Source: a virus
Taxonomy: Duplodnaviria > Caudoviricetes
IMG/VR virus record: IMGVR_UViG_3300048574_000532
Span: 1 to 51,275 of that record
Reading direction: 5' to 3' (one strand)
DNA length: 51,275 nucleotides
A program made the translations under genes and the position numbers. The notes beneath the pieces were generated by a model, which was not told the DNA's origin, searched no databases, and worked only from the letters and a program-made list of their open reading frames with translations. Below, piece after piece: positions 8,548 through 18,679 of the stretch (the stretch's first letter is position 1; each line of letters opens with the position of its first letter).

Positions 8548-10756
8548 CCTCGACGAGAAGTACAACCTCGGACTCGTGACGGGCATCCCCTCGGGGGTGT
8601 GCGTGCTCGACCTCGATGCGGGCCACAGCCTGCGCGAGGACCAGGTGCTCCCCGATACGCCGTGCGTCAAGACCGGTTCGGGCGGTGGACACTGGTACTT
8701 CAAGCATCCCGAGGACTTTGACCTTCGCAACAGCGCGGGCAAGCTCGGGCCGCACATGGACATTCGGGGCACCGGCGGGCAAGTCGTGTGGCCCGGTTCC
8801 CTGCACCCGAAGACAGGCAAGGTGTACGAGTGGATTATTCCTCTCGACGACATGGAGCTCGCTCCCCTACCCTCTTGGATTGTCCGCGCGATTCGGCAGG
8901 ACCCCGAGAAGAAGCTCTATCTTCTGCCCCCCCCCAAGCCCAAGGGCAAACCGAACTCCGAATGGGGTCAAGCGGCCCTCGTGCGCGAAGCCTACGATCT
9001 CGGGATGGCCGAGGAAGGAACACGCAACCATGCCTTGAACAAAGCAGCCTTTAAGATCGGGCAAGTCGTGGCCGGGGGCTCCCTCGACATGCACGAGGCC
9101 CGCGAGCGCCTAACGAACGTGGCGCTGCAAATCGGGCTCGAACCCAAGGAAGTCGAGGCGACCTTCCGCAGCGGCTTCCACAAGGGCTACTCGCAGCCGC
9201 GCTACCCCGACCCCAAGCGCGATGGCGGCATCGTCAACGACGCCCAGGGCGATAAGCCGTCGATCCTCGTGCCGGGTGAGCACATCGACGCCGAGGGCAT
9301 GCGCATCGAGCAGGGCAACGACACCTTCGCCGACCAGGTGCTCGACACCCTGCCCGAAGGCCAGCTTTACCGCCGCGATCTCCTGGCGGGCGTCTTCTCG
9401 GGCGCCCAAGGGCACCGCATCTGGCACAACGCCACGCCCGAGCTCATGCGCTACATCACGGACCAGCACGTGCGCCTGGGTGCGTGGGAATACAACAAGC
9501 GCGAGCAGACCAGCCGCTACAAGTACAAACCCTCCACCGGCGACCAGGGCCGCATCGTCCTGAGCGTCGCGCACATGCACCCGAGCATCCTCGAAGTCAA
9601 GACCTTCACCCATTACCCCATCTACCTGCCCGGATTGGTGAGGGCCAAGCAAGGCTACAACGAGGGCGGCGTGTACCTCGACTTGCCCCCCGACCTCGCC
9701 GACATCGAGCCCATCCTGGAGCCCGGCGCCTGCCGCGCATGGTTCAAGGACCTCCTGTGCGATTTCCTCTTCGAGGACGATGCGTCCTTCGACAACTACA
9801 TGGCGCTCCTGTTCACGGCCATCCTCGCCCCCGCCATCCCCGGCAACCGGCCGTTCTTCTACATCAACGCCGCCGTGCCGCGCACGGGCAAGTCAAAGCT
9901 CATCGAGGAAGTCGCCGGCGAGATCATCCTCGGCCGCCAGACGCCCGCCCTGCAAGTGGGCTCGCGCGAAGAAGAGCGCGTGAAGCAGCTTGGCTCGGCC
10001 GTGCTCTGCGGCGAGACCCTCATGCACCTCGACAACATCTCGCGCGAGCTAAACTCCGCGGCGCTGGCCTCGGCTCTCACATCGAGCATCATCGCCTACC
10101 GCCTGCTCGGCGAAAACAAGGTCGCGAACCTGCACAACAACCTCATCATCTGCGGCACCGGCAACAACGTTCAGTTCTCGATGGAAATCGCCAAGCGCAT
10201 CCTGCCCACGACCCTCGTGACCCTCGACATGCACCCCGAGCGCCGCACGGGCTTCAAACACCCCAACATCCGCGCCTACGCCCAAGCCACGCGCCGGCAA
10301 TCCCTCGCCCACCTCCTGGGCGCCATCGAAATCGCCAAAATGGAGGGGCTCGACACCATCAATACCCCGCCCATGGGCGGCTTCGAGCCTTGGACCTGCA
10401 CCGTGGGCGGCGTGTGCATCGCCAACGGCTTCAACCGCATCCTCGGCAACCAACCCGACTTCCAATCCCAATTCGACGAGGAAACCGAACAACTCACGCA
10501 CTTCACCGACCGCTGGGCCGCCGAACTCGCTACCGACACATGGGTTACCCCCATCCAACTCGTACGCCTGATCGCGGACACCGACCTACTCCCCCGCGTC
10601 CAGGAAGGCGCCAACCTCTGGAGCAAAGCCGCTCGCATGGGCCGCTTCTTGAAGCAGTACCGCAATTCCCCCGTGGGCAAATGGCGTATCCTCGCCCGAG
10701 TCAAAGGCAACGGTCGGGAATACAAGCTCCTGCCTTCGAAGGAAGTACGGGGCTAG
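8462..10756 (+). CDS. Bifunctional DNA primase/polymerase with C-terminal P-loop ATPase (helicase-like)
   Basis: NLGLVTG..SGVCVLDLD, KTGSGGGHWYF, DIRGTGGQVVWPGSLH, GTRNHALNKAAF, PRTGKS, HLDN, TGNN. Confidence 0.88.
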   Translation: MKFIRLEGKKPVDANWTQTNWLSPDAIADLDEKYNLGLVTGIPSGVCVLDLDAGHSLREDQVLPDTPCVKTGSGGGHWYFKHPEDFDLRNSAGKLGPHMDIRGTGGQVVWPGSLHPKTGKVYEWIIPLDDMELAPLPSWIVRAIRQDPEKKLYLLPPPKPKGKPNSEWGQAALVREAYDLGMAEEGTRNHALNKAAFKIGQVVAGGSLDMHEARERLTNVALQIGLEPKEVEATFRSGFHKGYSQPRYPDPKRDGGIVNDAQGDKPSILVPGEHIDAEGMRIEQGNDTFADQVLDTLPEGQLYRRDLLAGVFSGAQGHRIWHNATPELMRYITDQHVRLGAWEYNKREQTSRYKYKPSTGDQGRIVLSVAHMHPSILEVKTFTHYPIYLPGLVRAKQGYNEGGVYLDLPPDLADIEPILEPGACRAWFKDLLCDFLFEDDASFDNYMALLFTAILAPAIPGNRPFFYINAAVPRTGKSKLIEEVAGEIILGRQTPALQVGSREEERVKQLGSAVLCGETLMHLDNISRELNSAALASALTSSIIAYRLLGENKVANLHNNLIICGTGNNVQFSMEIAKRILPTTLVTLDMHPERRTGFKHPNIRAYAQATRRQSLAHLLGAIEIAKMEGLDTINTPPMGGFEPWTCTVGGVCIANGFNRILGNQPDFQSQFDEETEQLTHFTDRWAAELATDTWVTPIQLVRLIADTDLLPRVQEGANLWSKAARMGRFLKQYRNSPVGKWRILARVKGNGREYKLLPSKEVRG

Positions 10757-10912
10757 CAAAAATACTGAAGCGAACGCTTTTCGCCAATCGTTCGTGCTGG
10801 AACAGCGTCAAGCACATAGCTACAATGCCCAAGTGGGAGCCGTGATTGAAGGCAGGGCAACGATAACGGCCTGTCTCCTCGGGCGAGAACATCCTGCCAG
10901 CGCGGTCATTTA

Positions 10913-10941
10913 TTGACAAAGAAAGTCTAGTGGGGCATTAT
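10913..10941 (+). promoter_or_regulatory. Putative sigma70 promoter for the defence genes
   Basis: TTGACA(10913-10918)-17 bp-CATTAT(10936-10941), upstream of a GGGAG RBS and the ATG at 10989. Confidence 0.5.
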
Positions 10942-10988
10942 TTTCGGATTGCGCCGGTGGATTCTGTTTTACAGAGGGAGCCAATTCA

Positions 10989-12950
10989 ATGGATACAGGT
11001 CTAGATACTGCCCCCCATGCCATCATCGTTAGGCAGGGGAAGATACTGGATTTCATTGATGGCCTTACTCAGCGTCCCGATACGCCAGAGGAGTATGTCC
11101 GTCAAGAAATTGCAAAGTCGTTGGTGCGCGAGTATCGCTACGCCAAGTGCGATGTTGAAGTTGAGTTTGTTGTGCGCGTGGGGACTCGGAAGCCGCGGGC
11201 GGACTTGGTAATATTCCCACCCCAGACGCCACACGCGCAAGACAAAGCTCGCATAATTGTGGAGTGCAAAGCCTCTACCGTCAAGGCCGCAGACAAGAAG
11301 GACGGAGTTGGGCAGTTGAAAAGCTATATGGCCGCTTGTCCAAATGTTGAGTACGGCATGTGGACCAACGGCATAGAACGCTTCTGTTATCGCCGTTTAG
11401 TTAGGGCTGGAATGGTAGAGGTCGAGGAAGTTCCCGACGTACCTGAATTCGGTCGCGGGGATGAAGACATGGATCGGCCGCGCTTCGATCAGCTTAAGCC
11501 TGCGACATCAGATGCTCTCCTCTTTGCTTTTCGTCGATGCCACAACTACATCGCCGGCAACCAAGGTCTCCAGAAACCTCAAGCTTTTTGGGAGCTGCTT
11601 AAACTTATCTTCTGCAAGATCCATGATGAACGCCACAACGACGAAATTGAGTTCTTTGCTGCCGCCACCGAAAGACACGGGGCGATTGGAATCCTGAAGG
11701 TCCAGAAACGAATTGAGGCTCTGTTTACGCAAGTCAAAGATGATTACCCGACAATCTTCAAGCAGTCAGAGGCGATCGATCTAAAGCCTGTCGTCCTCGC
11801 TTACTTGGTGTCGCAGCTCCAGATGTATTCTCTCCTGGAGAGCGATATCGACGTAAAGGGCCGAGCATATGAAGAAATCGTCGGCTCGAATCTTCGTGGA
11901 GATCGTGGCGAGTTCTTCACACCCAGAAACGTGTGCCGCATGGCTGTCGCCATGCTAGATCCTGGCGAAAAGCAGTTGGTGCTTGATCCTGCCTGCGGAA
12001 CAGGTGGGTTCTTGATCACAGCAATGAACCATGTAATTGAGAAGATCCGGCATGCGGAAATGGGCAAATGGGGCAACAAGTTCGAAAGTGCAGAGAGTGC
12101 CATACAAGAGCGAATCCGGAAATTTGCAAACCGGTTCATAATTGGCATGGATTTCAATCCAGAGTTGGTGAAGGCCACCAAGATGAATATGGTCATGAAC
12201 AATGACGGTGCGGGGGGGCTCTATCAAGCTAACTCTCTTGAGGCCCCCGCCACTTGGGATCCCGCTCTGCATAAGCGTGGCTTAATGGGTAAAGTGGATC
12301 TGCTGTTTACGAATCCGCCGTTCGGTTCTAAGATTCCAGTCACCGATCCATCCATTCTGGAAAAGTATGACCTCGGCCATTCCTGGAGCTACAACAAGAG
12401 TCAAGATCGATGGGTTAGGGCAGACTCCGTGCAGAAGTCGCAGCCACCCGAAATTCTGTTTATCGAGCGTTGTGTGAAACTCTTGAAACCAGGAACGGGG
12501 CGAGTCGCAATAGTGTTGCCAGATGGCATCCTGGGCTCACCTGGGCTCGGGTACGTTCGCGATTGGATCTTACGCAACACGCGAGTTTTGGCGAGTATCG
12601 ATTTGCACCCTGACACCTTTCAGCCCTTCGTTAGCATTCAGACGAGCATCTTGGTGCTTCAACGCAAGACAGACGAAATGATAGCCCTCGAAGAAGCGGC
12701 CGGAAGAATCAGCGACTACCCTGTCTTCATGGCCGTCGCCAACCATGTTGGCCACGACAAGCGCGGAAACACCAACTATGTGCGCGACCGTAAAGGCAAT
12801 GAAATCATTGAAGAAGTAGAGGAACAAATCAAGGAATGGGAGGATGGCACCTTAGTCTACCGCAGGCAGACGAAGCGCCAAAAAGTACTCGATGACAATA
12901 CGCTTCAGGTTGCGCAGGAGTTCCGCAAATGGCTGTCAGAGCAAGATTAG
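10989..12950 (+). CDS. Restriction endonuclease (HsdR_N-like PD-(D/E)XK) fused to N6-adenine DNA methyltransferase
   Basis: PEEYVRQ...RADLVIF...IVECK...QLKSY...WTNG nuclease domain; GEFFTPR, DPACGTGGF and NPPFG methyltransferase motifs. Confidence 0.9.
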   Translation: MDTGLDTAPHAIIVRQGKILDFIDGLTQRPDTPEEYVRQEIAKSLVREYRYAKCDVEVEFVVRVGTRKPRADLVIFPPQTPHAQDKARIIVECKASTVKAADKKDGVGQLKSYMAACPNVEYGMWTNGIERFCYRRLVRAGMVEVEEVPDVPEFGRGDEDMDRPRFDQLKPATSDALLFAFRRCHNYIAGNQGLQKPQAFWELLKLIFCKIHDERHNDEIEFFAAATERHGAIGILKVQKRIEALFTQVKDDYPTIFKQSEAIDLKPVVLAYLVSQLQMYSLLESDIDVKGRAYEEIVGSNLRGDRGEFFTPRNVCRMAVAMLDPGEKQLVLDPACGTGGFLITAMNHVIEKIRHAEMGKWGNKFESAESAIQERIRKFANRFIIGMDFNPELVKATKMNMVMNNDGAGGLYQANSLEAPATWDPALHKRGLMGKVDLLFTNPPFGSKIPVTDPSILEKYDLGHSWSYNKSQDRWVRADSVQKSQPPEILFIERCVKLLKPGTGRVAIVLPDGILGSPGLGYVRDWILRNTRVLASIDLHPDTFQPFVSIQTSILVLQRKTDEMIALEEAAGRISDYPVFMAVANHVGHDKRGNTNYVRDRKGNEIIEEVEEQIKEWEDGTLVYRRQTKRQKVLDDNTLQVAQEFRKWLSEQD

Positions 12951-14359
12951 TCGCGCCTCCTCCCCCGGCGAAAACTGTATGGCCTTACCACACACTTGAA
13001 CATACAGCGATACCCCTATCCGTGCTATTGGACGGTGATAGACGCTTGGAAGCAGAAACGTACCTCTCTTCTGGTTTTGGCATTCGTGCTGCCATCCAAA
13101 ACAGGGCAGAGGGATGGATCCACTTCAGCGACGTTGCGCGAGTTTGGATGCCAGGCCGCCTAAAAGGGATTCAGGTTACTTCTGAGCATGGAACACCATT
13201 TCTCGCAGCAACGCAAGTATATGATGTGCGTCCGGTCCCACGGAAATGGCTAGCATTGGAGCGCACCAGCGATGCGACCAACAGATTCGTGAGTTCAGGT
13301 CAAATTCTGGTTACTTGCTCAGGCTCCGTTGGCCGTCCAACCCTAGCACACGCGCCCCACGAAGGTGTTCTTATATCGCACGATTTATTGCGTATTGAAC
13401 CATTGGATCCGCAACATACGGGCTGGCTTTACGCTTACTTACATGCACCCGAAGTTCGTGCAATGGCGACCGGTGCAAAATATGGACACATAATCAAGCA
13501 CTTGGAAACCGAACATCTTGACGCGATCCCGGTAGTACAGGTAGACGAGATCACCAGGGCGCATTTCAACACCCAACTGCGGAGAATCCTCGAATTACGA
13601 AACAAAGCATACAGCCTTGCCAAAGAAGCAGACAGGCTTTTTGTGGAGGCCCTTGGCCCTGTGAAATCTACCGCGAAGGAGTATGGATTCGCGGTACGGG
13701 CAACAGACATCCTTCAGGGTCGCCGTCGATTGGAGGCGAACTATCACAATCCTCAAGCGGCTGCTATCTTTATGAAGTTCAAACGCTGGGAGCGCCTCGG
13801 AGATCTTGCATGCCGAGTGTGGTGGATGCCCAGATTCCGACGATACTACGGGGACGATGGACTGCCTTACCTAAGCGCCGATGAGCTCTTTACTGTCAAT
13901 CCATCAGAGAACAAAAGGATTCTAGTTGACCCGGACGATAATCACAAAGACTACTTTGTGAAGCGGGGATGGATCGTCATGGCCTGCTCAGGCCAGGTCT
14001 ATGGCCTCAACGGGGCAGCTGCCTTGATGACAGAGCATCACGAGAATACTTTCTTCTCGCACGATCTCATACGCATCATTGCAGATGAGTCCAAGATTGC
14101 TGCCGGTTATTTGCTGGTCGCCCTTACCCATCAAACCCACGGACGTCCACTTTTGATACGTGCGGCCTATGGCACATCAATTCCGCATCTCGATCCAGCT
14201 GATGTTGCGGATTTTCCGGTTGTTCGGCTAGAGCCTTGCCAGGAATCCACCATTGCAGCACTCTCCGAGGAATCTGCGAAGGCTCGGGCGGACGCGGACG
14301 CGCTAGAGCGGTCGATCGCTTATGACGCAAGCCTGATCATCCGGCGTTTCATGTCGTAA
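12929..14359 (+). CDS. HsdS-like specificity subunit with two target-recognition domains
   Basis: Two repeated halves (RRLEAETY...GQILVTCSGSVG...SHDLLRI and RRLEANYH...GWIVMACSGQVYG...SHDLIRI); overlaps the MTase gene end. Confidence 0.82.
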   Translation: MAVRARLVAPPPPAKTVWPYHTLEHTAIPLSVLLDGDRRLEAETYLSSGFGIRAAIQNRAEGWIHFSDVARVWMPGRLKGIQVTSEHGTPFLAATQVYDVRPVPRKWLALERTSDATNRFVSSGQILVTCSGSVGRPTLAHAPHEGVLISHDLLRIEPLDPQHTGWLYAYLHAPEVRAMATGAKYGHIIKHLETEHLDAIPVVQVDEITRAHFNTQLRRILELRNKAYSLAKEADRLFVEALGPVKSTAKEYGFAVRATDILQGRRRLEANYHNPQAAAIFMKFKRWERLGDLACRVWWMPRFRRYYGDDGLPYLSADELFTVNPSENKRILVDPDDNHKDYFVKRGWIVMACSGQVYGLNGAAALMTEHHENTFFSHDLIRIIADESKIAAGYLLVALTHQTHGRPLLIRAAYGTSIPHLDPADVADFPVVRLEPCQESTIAALSEESAKARADADALERSIAYDASLIIRRFMS

Positions 14360-14408
14360 ATGGACAGTAGGCTACCGGGCGTATGGGGAAAACATAGGGA
14401 GAGACCTT

Positions 14409-15296
14409 ATGGCGGGGCCGCAGTTTGTTAAATACTTCACGCATGTCATTGCTGCACTTAAGAAGCTCGGCAATTCAGGCACTCCTTCGGAAGTGCGTGA
14501 ACTCATAGCACAAGAGTTGAGCTTGACTGACGATGTGCTGAACGAGCAAATGGAGAGCGGTGCCTCGCGCTTTGACAACCAAGTGGCGTGGGCCAAATTT
14601 TACCTGGCAAAAGCTGGCTACATCGACGCTTCGAAACGCGGCGTATGGCGACTTACTGAAGCTGGCTTAAACTCTGCCATGTCAGAGGACGACGCACTGC
14701 GGCTTTTCCAGGATGTTCACAAACAATTCAAGTCGGTTTCTGACGCACCTACCGCTACGTCTGGCGACGATCTTGAGGAAGCTACCGCGCCCGGTGACTC
14801 TGGCATAACGGTGGCTGAGGACTACAAAGCCGAGCTTTTGGACATCATCCGAGCGCTGCCACCGGCCGGCTTCGAACGGCTATGCCAGCGTCTGCTTCGT
14901 GAATCTGGCTTTCAACAGGTCGAGGTGACAGGCCGAAGCGGTGACGGTGGGATTGATGGCAAAGGTCTCCTGCAAATTAATCCGCTGTTGAGTATTCAGG
15001 TTGTGTTCCAAAGCAAGAGATACAACGCTCACACGTCGGTTTCAGTTTCGCAGATTCGGGACTTGCGGGGCGCCATGGCCGGGCGAACTGACAAGGGAAT
15101 CTTCATTACGACAGGGAACTTCACTTCCGACGCACGCAAGGAGGCGCTACGAGAGGGCGTACCTCCTATCGAACTGGTAGATGGGCAGAAGTTGGTCGAG
15201 ATGTTTGAAAGCCTCGAACTGGGGTTGACTCCACAAAAGACCTACGAAGTTGACCATCGCTTCTTTGAGGATTTTGCGCGGTCTCAGGCGAATTAG
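14409..15296 (+). CDS. mrr: Mrr-family (type IV) restriction endonuclease
   Basis: Mrr_N RFDNQVAWAKFYLAKAGYI...RGVWRLTEAG; Mrr_cat FERLC...SGDGGIDG...QSKRY...GIFITT. Confidence 0.9.
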   Translation: MAGPQFVKYFTHVIAALKKLGNSGTPSEVRELIAQELSLTDDVLNEQMESGASRFDNQVAWAKFYLAKAGYIDASKRGVWRLTEAGLNSAMSEDDALRLFQDVHKQFKSVSDAPTATSGDDLEEATAPGDSGITVAEDYKAELLDIIRALPPAGFERLCQRLLRESGFQQVEVTGRSGDGGIDGKGLLQINPLLSIQVVFQSKRYNAHTSVSVSQIRDLRGAMAGRTDKGIFITTGNFTSDARKEALREGVPPIELVDGQKLVEMFESLELGLTPQKTYEVDHRFFEDFARSQAN

Positions 15297-15329
15297 CAGC
15301 CTGTTGAGCCATGGGTGGGGTGATAGGCG

Positions 15330-16211
15330 ATGAACTTCAACGAACTCTTGCTCGGAAAAGGCATTGACCCGCAGAAGGTACTCGTCTTGAGGCACCGTCC
15401 TTCGGAGCCTCAATTCAATGCGGTCCTGCCGTGGCTGGCTGCTGAAAAGCCTGAGCTTTACAACGCATACCAGCAGACCCAGGGCGAAAAGCTTGAAGGG
15501 ACCATGAAATCCCTTGCGCATGTTGGATACGTTGCATCGTTCATCGGACACGCGGCAGGCAAAGCACTCTTCATTGGCTTGTACGCTATAGGCAATTCCC
15601 ATCCCCTCACCTACGAAGAATACTGGAAGCTCCCCGTGCACATTGCCCTCAAGCAACTTGGGATGAGAGGGTTTACAGGAGAGAACCAATCCACTGTCCT
15701 CTGGTTTGACCTCGATATGACTGACTTCTACGCATCTTGGAAAGGAAAGCTGGTCATCGGCTGGCCCCCGCCAGAGCGCTCATGGTGGCGGCGCGCCCAC
15801 CGCAACGACATTTCCGTTCTGGCGGTCCATGAAACTAGTGTTCTGGATGCCGCTATGCCGGACTGGGATGCAATAAACCTCAGCTGGGAAGACCTTCGGG
15901 TATTGCCGTCGCGTTGGAGGTCCGCCATCTCGCAATGGCGCGGCATCTACTACATCTTCGACACATCAGAGGCGAGGGGCTACGTCGGTTCGGCGAGCGG
16001 AGAGGATAACATCCTCGGACGATGGCAAAACTACGCCACCAGTGGCGATGGCGGAAATCGCCTGCTTCGACAACGAGACCCTCGCAATTTCCGGTTCACA
16101 ATCCTGCAGCGGGTCTCGCCGGACATGGAGCCCGCCGAGGTAGTCCGCTTCGAGAACTCCTGGAAGCACCGCCTGCATACCCGCGCCCCATTCGGCCTCA
16201 ACGCTAACTAA
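15330..16211 (+). CDS. GIY-YIG nuclease family protein
   Basis: GIYYIFD...YVGSASG...ILGRWQNY...FENSWK...GLNAN. Confidence 0.85.
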   Translation: MNFNELLLGKGIDPQKVLVLRHRPSEPQFNAVLPWLAAEKPELYNAYQQTQGEKLEGTMKSLAHVGYVASFIGHAAGKALFIGLYAIGNSHPLTYEEYWKLPVHIALKQLGMRGFTGENQSTVLWFDLDMTDFYASWKGKLVIGWPPPERSWWRRAHRNDISVLAVHETSVLDAAMPDWDAINLSWEDLRVLPSRWRSAISQWRGIYYIFDTSEARGYVGSASGEDNILGRWQNYATSGDGGNRLLRQRDPRNFRFTILQRVSPDMEPAEVVRFENSWKHRLHTRAPFGLNAN

Positions 16212-16277
16212 AGGTAAAGTGCCATGACAGCCGAAGACGATCTGGCAGGGCTGCGGAGAAATGCAAGAACACTGGGT

Positions 16278-17153
16278 CTACGTCGACAACTCACCCGTTG
16301 CGCCAAGTTTTTGGGCCAGAACCTCAAATCCATCTAGAAAAAGCCCAATATGGCGCTGTGCGCTCGGGCTTGCCGCCCACACTTCCTCATAAGCCTGACT
16401 GTGGAGGAGTTGCTCGGCATTCCGAATGTCGCTGCGAATAGTTGGGAGCACCGCTTCGAGGCATGTGCTTTGAGGTTCAGGCATCTGCCCCGTCTGAGAA
16501 TAGTACAAGGCAATGGGATAGTTGAGTGTTTGGGCATTCACATCCGCCGTGAAATCGTAGACATCATCCACAGCAAGTTCTAACGAGAAATAACACTTTA
16601 GGAACTGGAGCTTCTCGGTGCAGCCACTATCACTAGGCAAGAGTGACACGGGAAATAGCCCTAGGATCATCTTTTCGTAGACATTATCGAACTGGCTGTA
16701 TCGGTTACAGAATCGCGCGGGGATTTCCCATTCCTTTTCAAGAGCCAGGTACTGGGACTGCACAGCATAGAGCGCCTTGAATTGGTCCAGAGCTTGGCGC
16801 CCGTACGCTTTATGGAGTATCTCCACCAATTCGATAAGAAGAAATCCTGCAGCCTGACTGTACTCAGGAATGTCCCATGGATTGTCAGCGTGGCCGTCTA
16901 TGACTTTGTCCAAGAGCAAGCCATAGACGTTTAGGAGCGCACATAGGTACATCAGATCTGGAGAAGCGTTTCCTCGTGCGTACAGCTCGAAGATGGGCAG
17001 AAAGTTCTTCTCGTAGACGCGAGCCGCTTTTCGAATCAGGCGAGTCTTCAAGTGTGGCGAGAACTTAGCAATTCCAGCGCTATCAAGCGCGCAGAAGACT
17101 TCCGTCGCAAGCTGATGGGAAACTTGTTCAAGTGCGTGAGGGCTGCCCGCCAT
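16278..17153 (-). CDS. Class I isoprenoid-synthase-fold protein; putative ComQ/PalQ-like peptide prenyltransferase
   Basis: Helical protein with two Asp-rich motifs, LLLDKVIDGH...PW and AVDDVYDFTADV; ATG at 17153 overlaps the end of the rSAM gene. Confidence 0.62.
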   Translation of the reverse strand: MAGSPHALEQVSHQLATEVFCALDSAGIAKFSPHLKTRLIRKAARVYEKNFLPIFELYARGNASPDLMYLCALLNVYGLLLDKVIDGHADNPWDIPEYSQAAGFLLIELVEILHKAYGRQALDQFKALYAVQSQYLALEKEWEIPARFCNRYSQFDNVYEKMILGLFPVSLLPSDSGCTEKLQFLKCYFSLELAVDDVYDFTADVNAQTLNYPIALYYSQTGQMPEPQSTCLEAVLPTIRSDIRNAEQLLHSQAYEEVWAASPSAQRHIGLFLDGFEVLAQKLGATGELST

Positions 17154-18432
17154 CGACCATCTTCTCCAGATATTTGAGTCCAAGCTGGCGAGTGGCTTCA
17201 CAGTTGTGGAGGTTTTCAATCCGCAAATCTGGACAATCTCCCGCACAATTGTACTTACAGAAACAGTCTTGACATTCCTGGTACTCAAATACATTCATCT
17301 TCCGCAGGGCGTGGAGCTTCTCCTCGTCCAATAGGAACTTCATCGTCTCAGGGTCAAAGCGACCAATGTCGAAAATCGAAGGATAGCAATCTCGCGTACA
17401 GGAAATCAGTCTACCGTCGGCCGCGACGGTCCAGTTAGGAACACCAACAGCCCCGCAAAAGCACGTCCTAATTTGCTGAAACTTGCTGACATGTGAGTTG
17501 CGGATTTCAACGCCAATGTTGGCCCCGTATTCAAGAGCGGATACCAGCATTTCGGCGTACAGAACTCTGTCCGGAGGCGCAACACTTTGATCTGCACGAG
17601 CGCGTCCATAAGGCGCCAAAGGTTCAAGAGATACCCGTTTGCCCGGGAAGTTCTCAGCGAAGAAGTCCAGAATGGCCCGATAGTGCTTCATACTAAAATC
17701 GGAGATCGTAACACGAAACCCCAACGGCATCCCTTTGTCATAGAAGAATTTGGCTGATTCAAAACAGACTGGGAATGATTGGGAGCCGCTCCGGGTAGGC
17801 CTGTGAAGGTCTTGGATGAAAGCCGGCCCGTCAAGAGATAACGACAAGTTAGTGAAGTGCTTAGCCACAAATTCACGAACAGGAATTCCATAATACCCGT
17901 TCGTTGCCATGGTAAAGGAACATTGCATCGAGTTTTCCGCTGCCAATGTCGTTGCCTCAGCGACAACTTCCTGCAAGAGGCCAAAACAAGCAGTTGGCTC
18001 TCCGCCTCCGAAGAGACTTATCTCGACCGACTCAGATGGCTGTATTGCCTTTGCTTTGAGATACGAAAAATAGGCTGCCAAGAGTGAGCGTGCAAATGCC
18101 GGCGTCATCGTTTGTGTTCTATGGGCGTCACCGGCGGAAAGATAACAGTATCTACACTTTAACGTACAGTCATCCGTCAAAGCTATCGACACCCGTGGCG
18201 TAGCCTGCTTCAGTAGGGAATGCACGGCTATAGGGTCTACCCGCGGATATGACTTCAACCGGGACACAAGGTCGGAAGCTAACCCACTATCAGTAGACGA
18301 TTCTTGAGCAATCCACAACGGAAGTTCGCTATCTGCAAGGGCGAGGTAGCCTCGAAGAGGAGCATACACAAGAACCACAGCAGGATTATTGCTGTGGGGA
18401 ATGAAGAAAACCTCCTCTTCAGCTATTAGCAT
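17128..18432 (-). CDS. Radical SAM/SPASM-domain peptide maturase with probable N-terminal RRE
   Basis: CTLKCRYC, FGGGEPT, ATNG, SLDGP..QD.HR; SPASM motif CFCG...ISC...CQDCFCKYNCAGDCP...C; ~80-aa N-terminal extension. Confidence 0.9.
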   Translation of the reverse strand: MLIAEEEVFFIPHSNNPAVVLVYAPLRGYLALADSELPLWIAQESSTDSGLASDLVSRLKSYPRVDPIAVHSLLKQATPRVSIALTDDCTLKCRYCYLSAGDAHRTQTMTPAFARSLLAAYFSYLKAKAIQPSESVEISLFGGGEPTACFGLLQEVVAEATTLAAENSMQCSFTMATNGYYGIPVREFVAKHFTNLSLSLDGPAFIQDLHRPTRSGSQSFPVCFESAKFFYDKGMPLGFRVTISDFSMKHYRAILDFFAENFPGKRVSLEPLAPYGRARADQSVAPPDRVLYAEMLVSALEYGANIGVEIRNSHVSKFQQIRTCFCGAVGVPNWTVAADGRLISCTRDCYPSIFDIGRFDPETMKFLLDEEKLHALRKMNVFEYQECQDCFCKYNCAGDCPDLRIENLHNCEATRQLGLKYLEKMVDGGQPSRT

Positions 18433-18467
18433 AATATGGATCCGCCAACAAAGCGCAGAAGTCGGGA

Positions 18468-18656
18468 CTACCAGGTACCTGAACTGTCGTTGCAGTCGCA
18501 ACCACAGAAGTTAATGCGGTTGCACCCGTCGCGGTCACATCCGCTCGTTACGGCTGGACTTGGTTCCCAACGAATCTCCACTTGCAGAAGTTCGTCGAGT
18601 TTCGGTTTGCGGGTTACAGTTTGCTTTGTCGATACAGGTGTCTCTCGCTTATCCAT
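18468..18656 (-). CDS. Putative RiPP precursor peptide (5 Cys in the C-terminal core, terminal Trp)
   Basis: MDKRETPVSTKQTVTRKPKLDELLQVEIRWEPSPAVTSGCDRDGCNRINFCGCDCNDSSGTW; AGGAGG RBS 8 nt upstream; ends 35 bp before the rSAM start. Confidence 0.8.
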   Translation of the reverse strand: MDKRETPVSTKQTVTRKPKLDELLQVEIRWEPSPAVTSGCDRDGCNRINFCGCDCNDSSGTW

Positions 18657-18679
18657 TTGGCTATCCTCCTGTGGATGCG

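Noticed and set aside
8927-8935. C9 tract as a phase-variation switch in the primase gene
   Set aside because: In frame, encodes Pro-Pro-Pro in a linker; no evidence of variation from a single sequence.
16224-16337. Short plus-strand ORF after GIY-YIG (MTAEDDLAG...) as a truncated fifth defence gene
   Set aside because: Short and runs into the convergent gene; possibly a remnant, but untestable without homologues.
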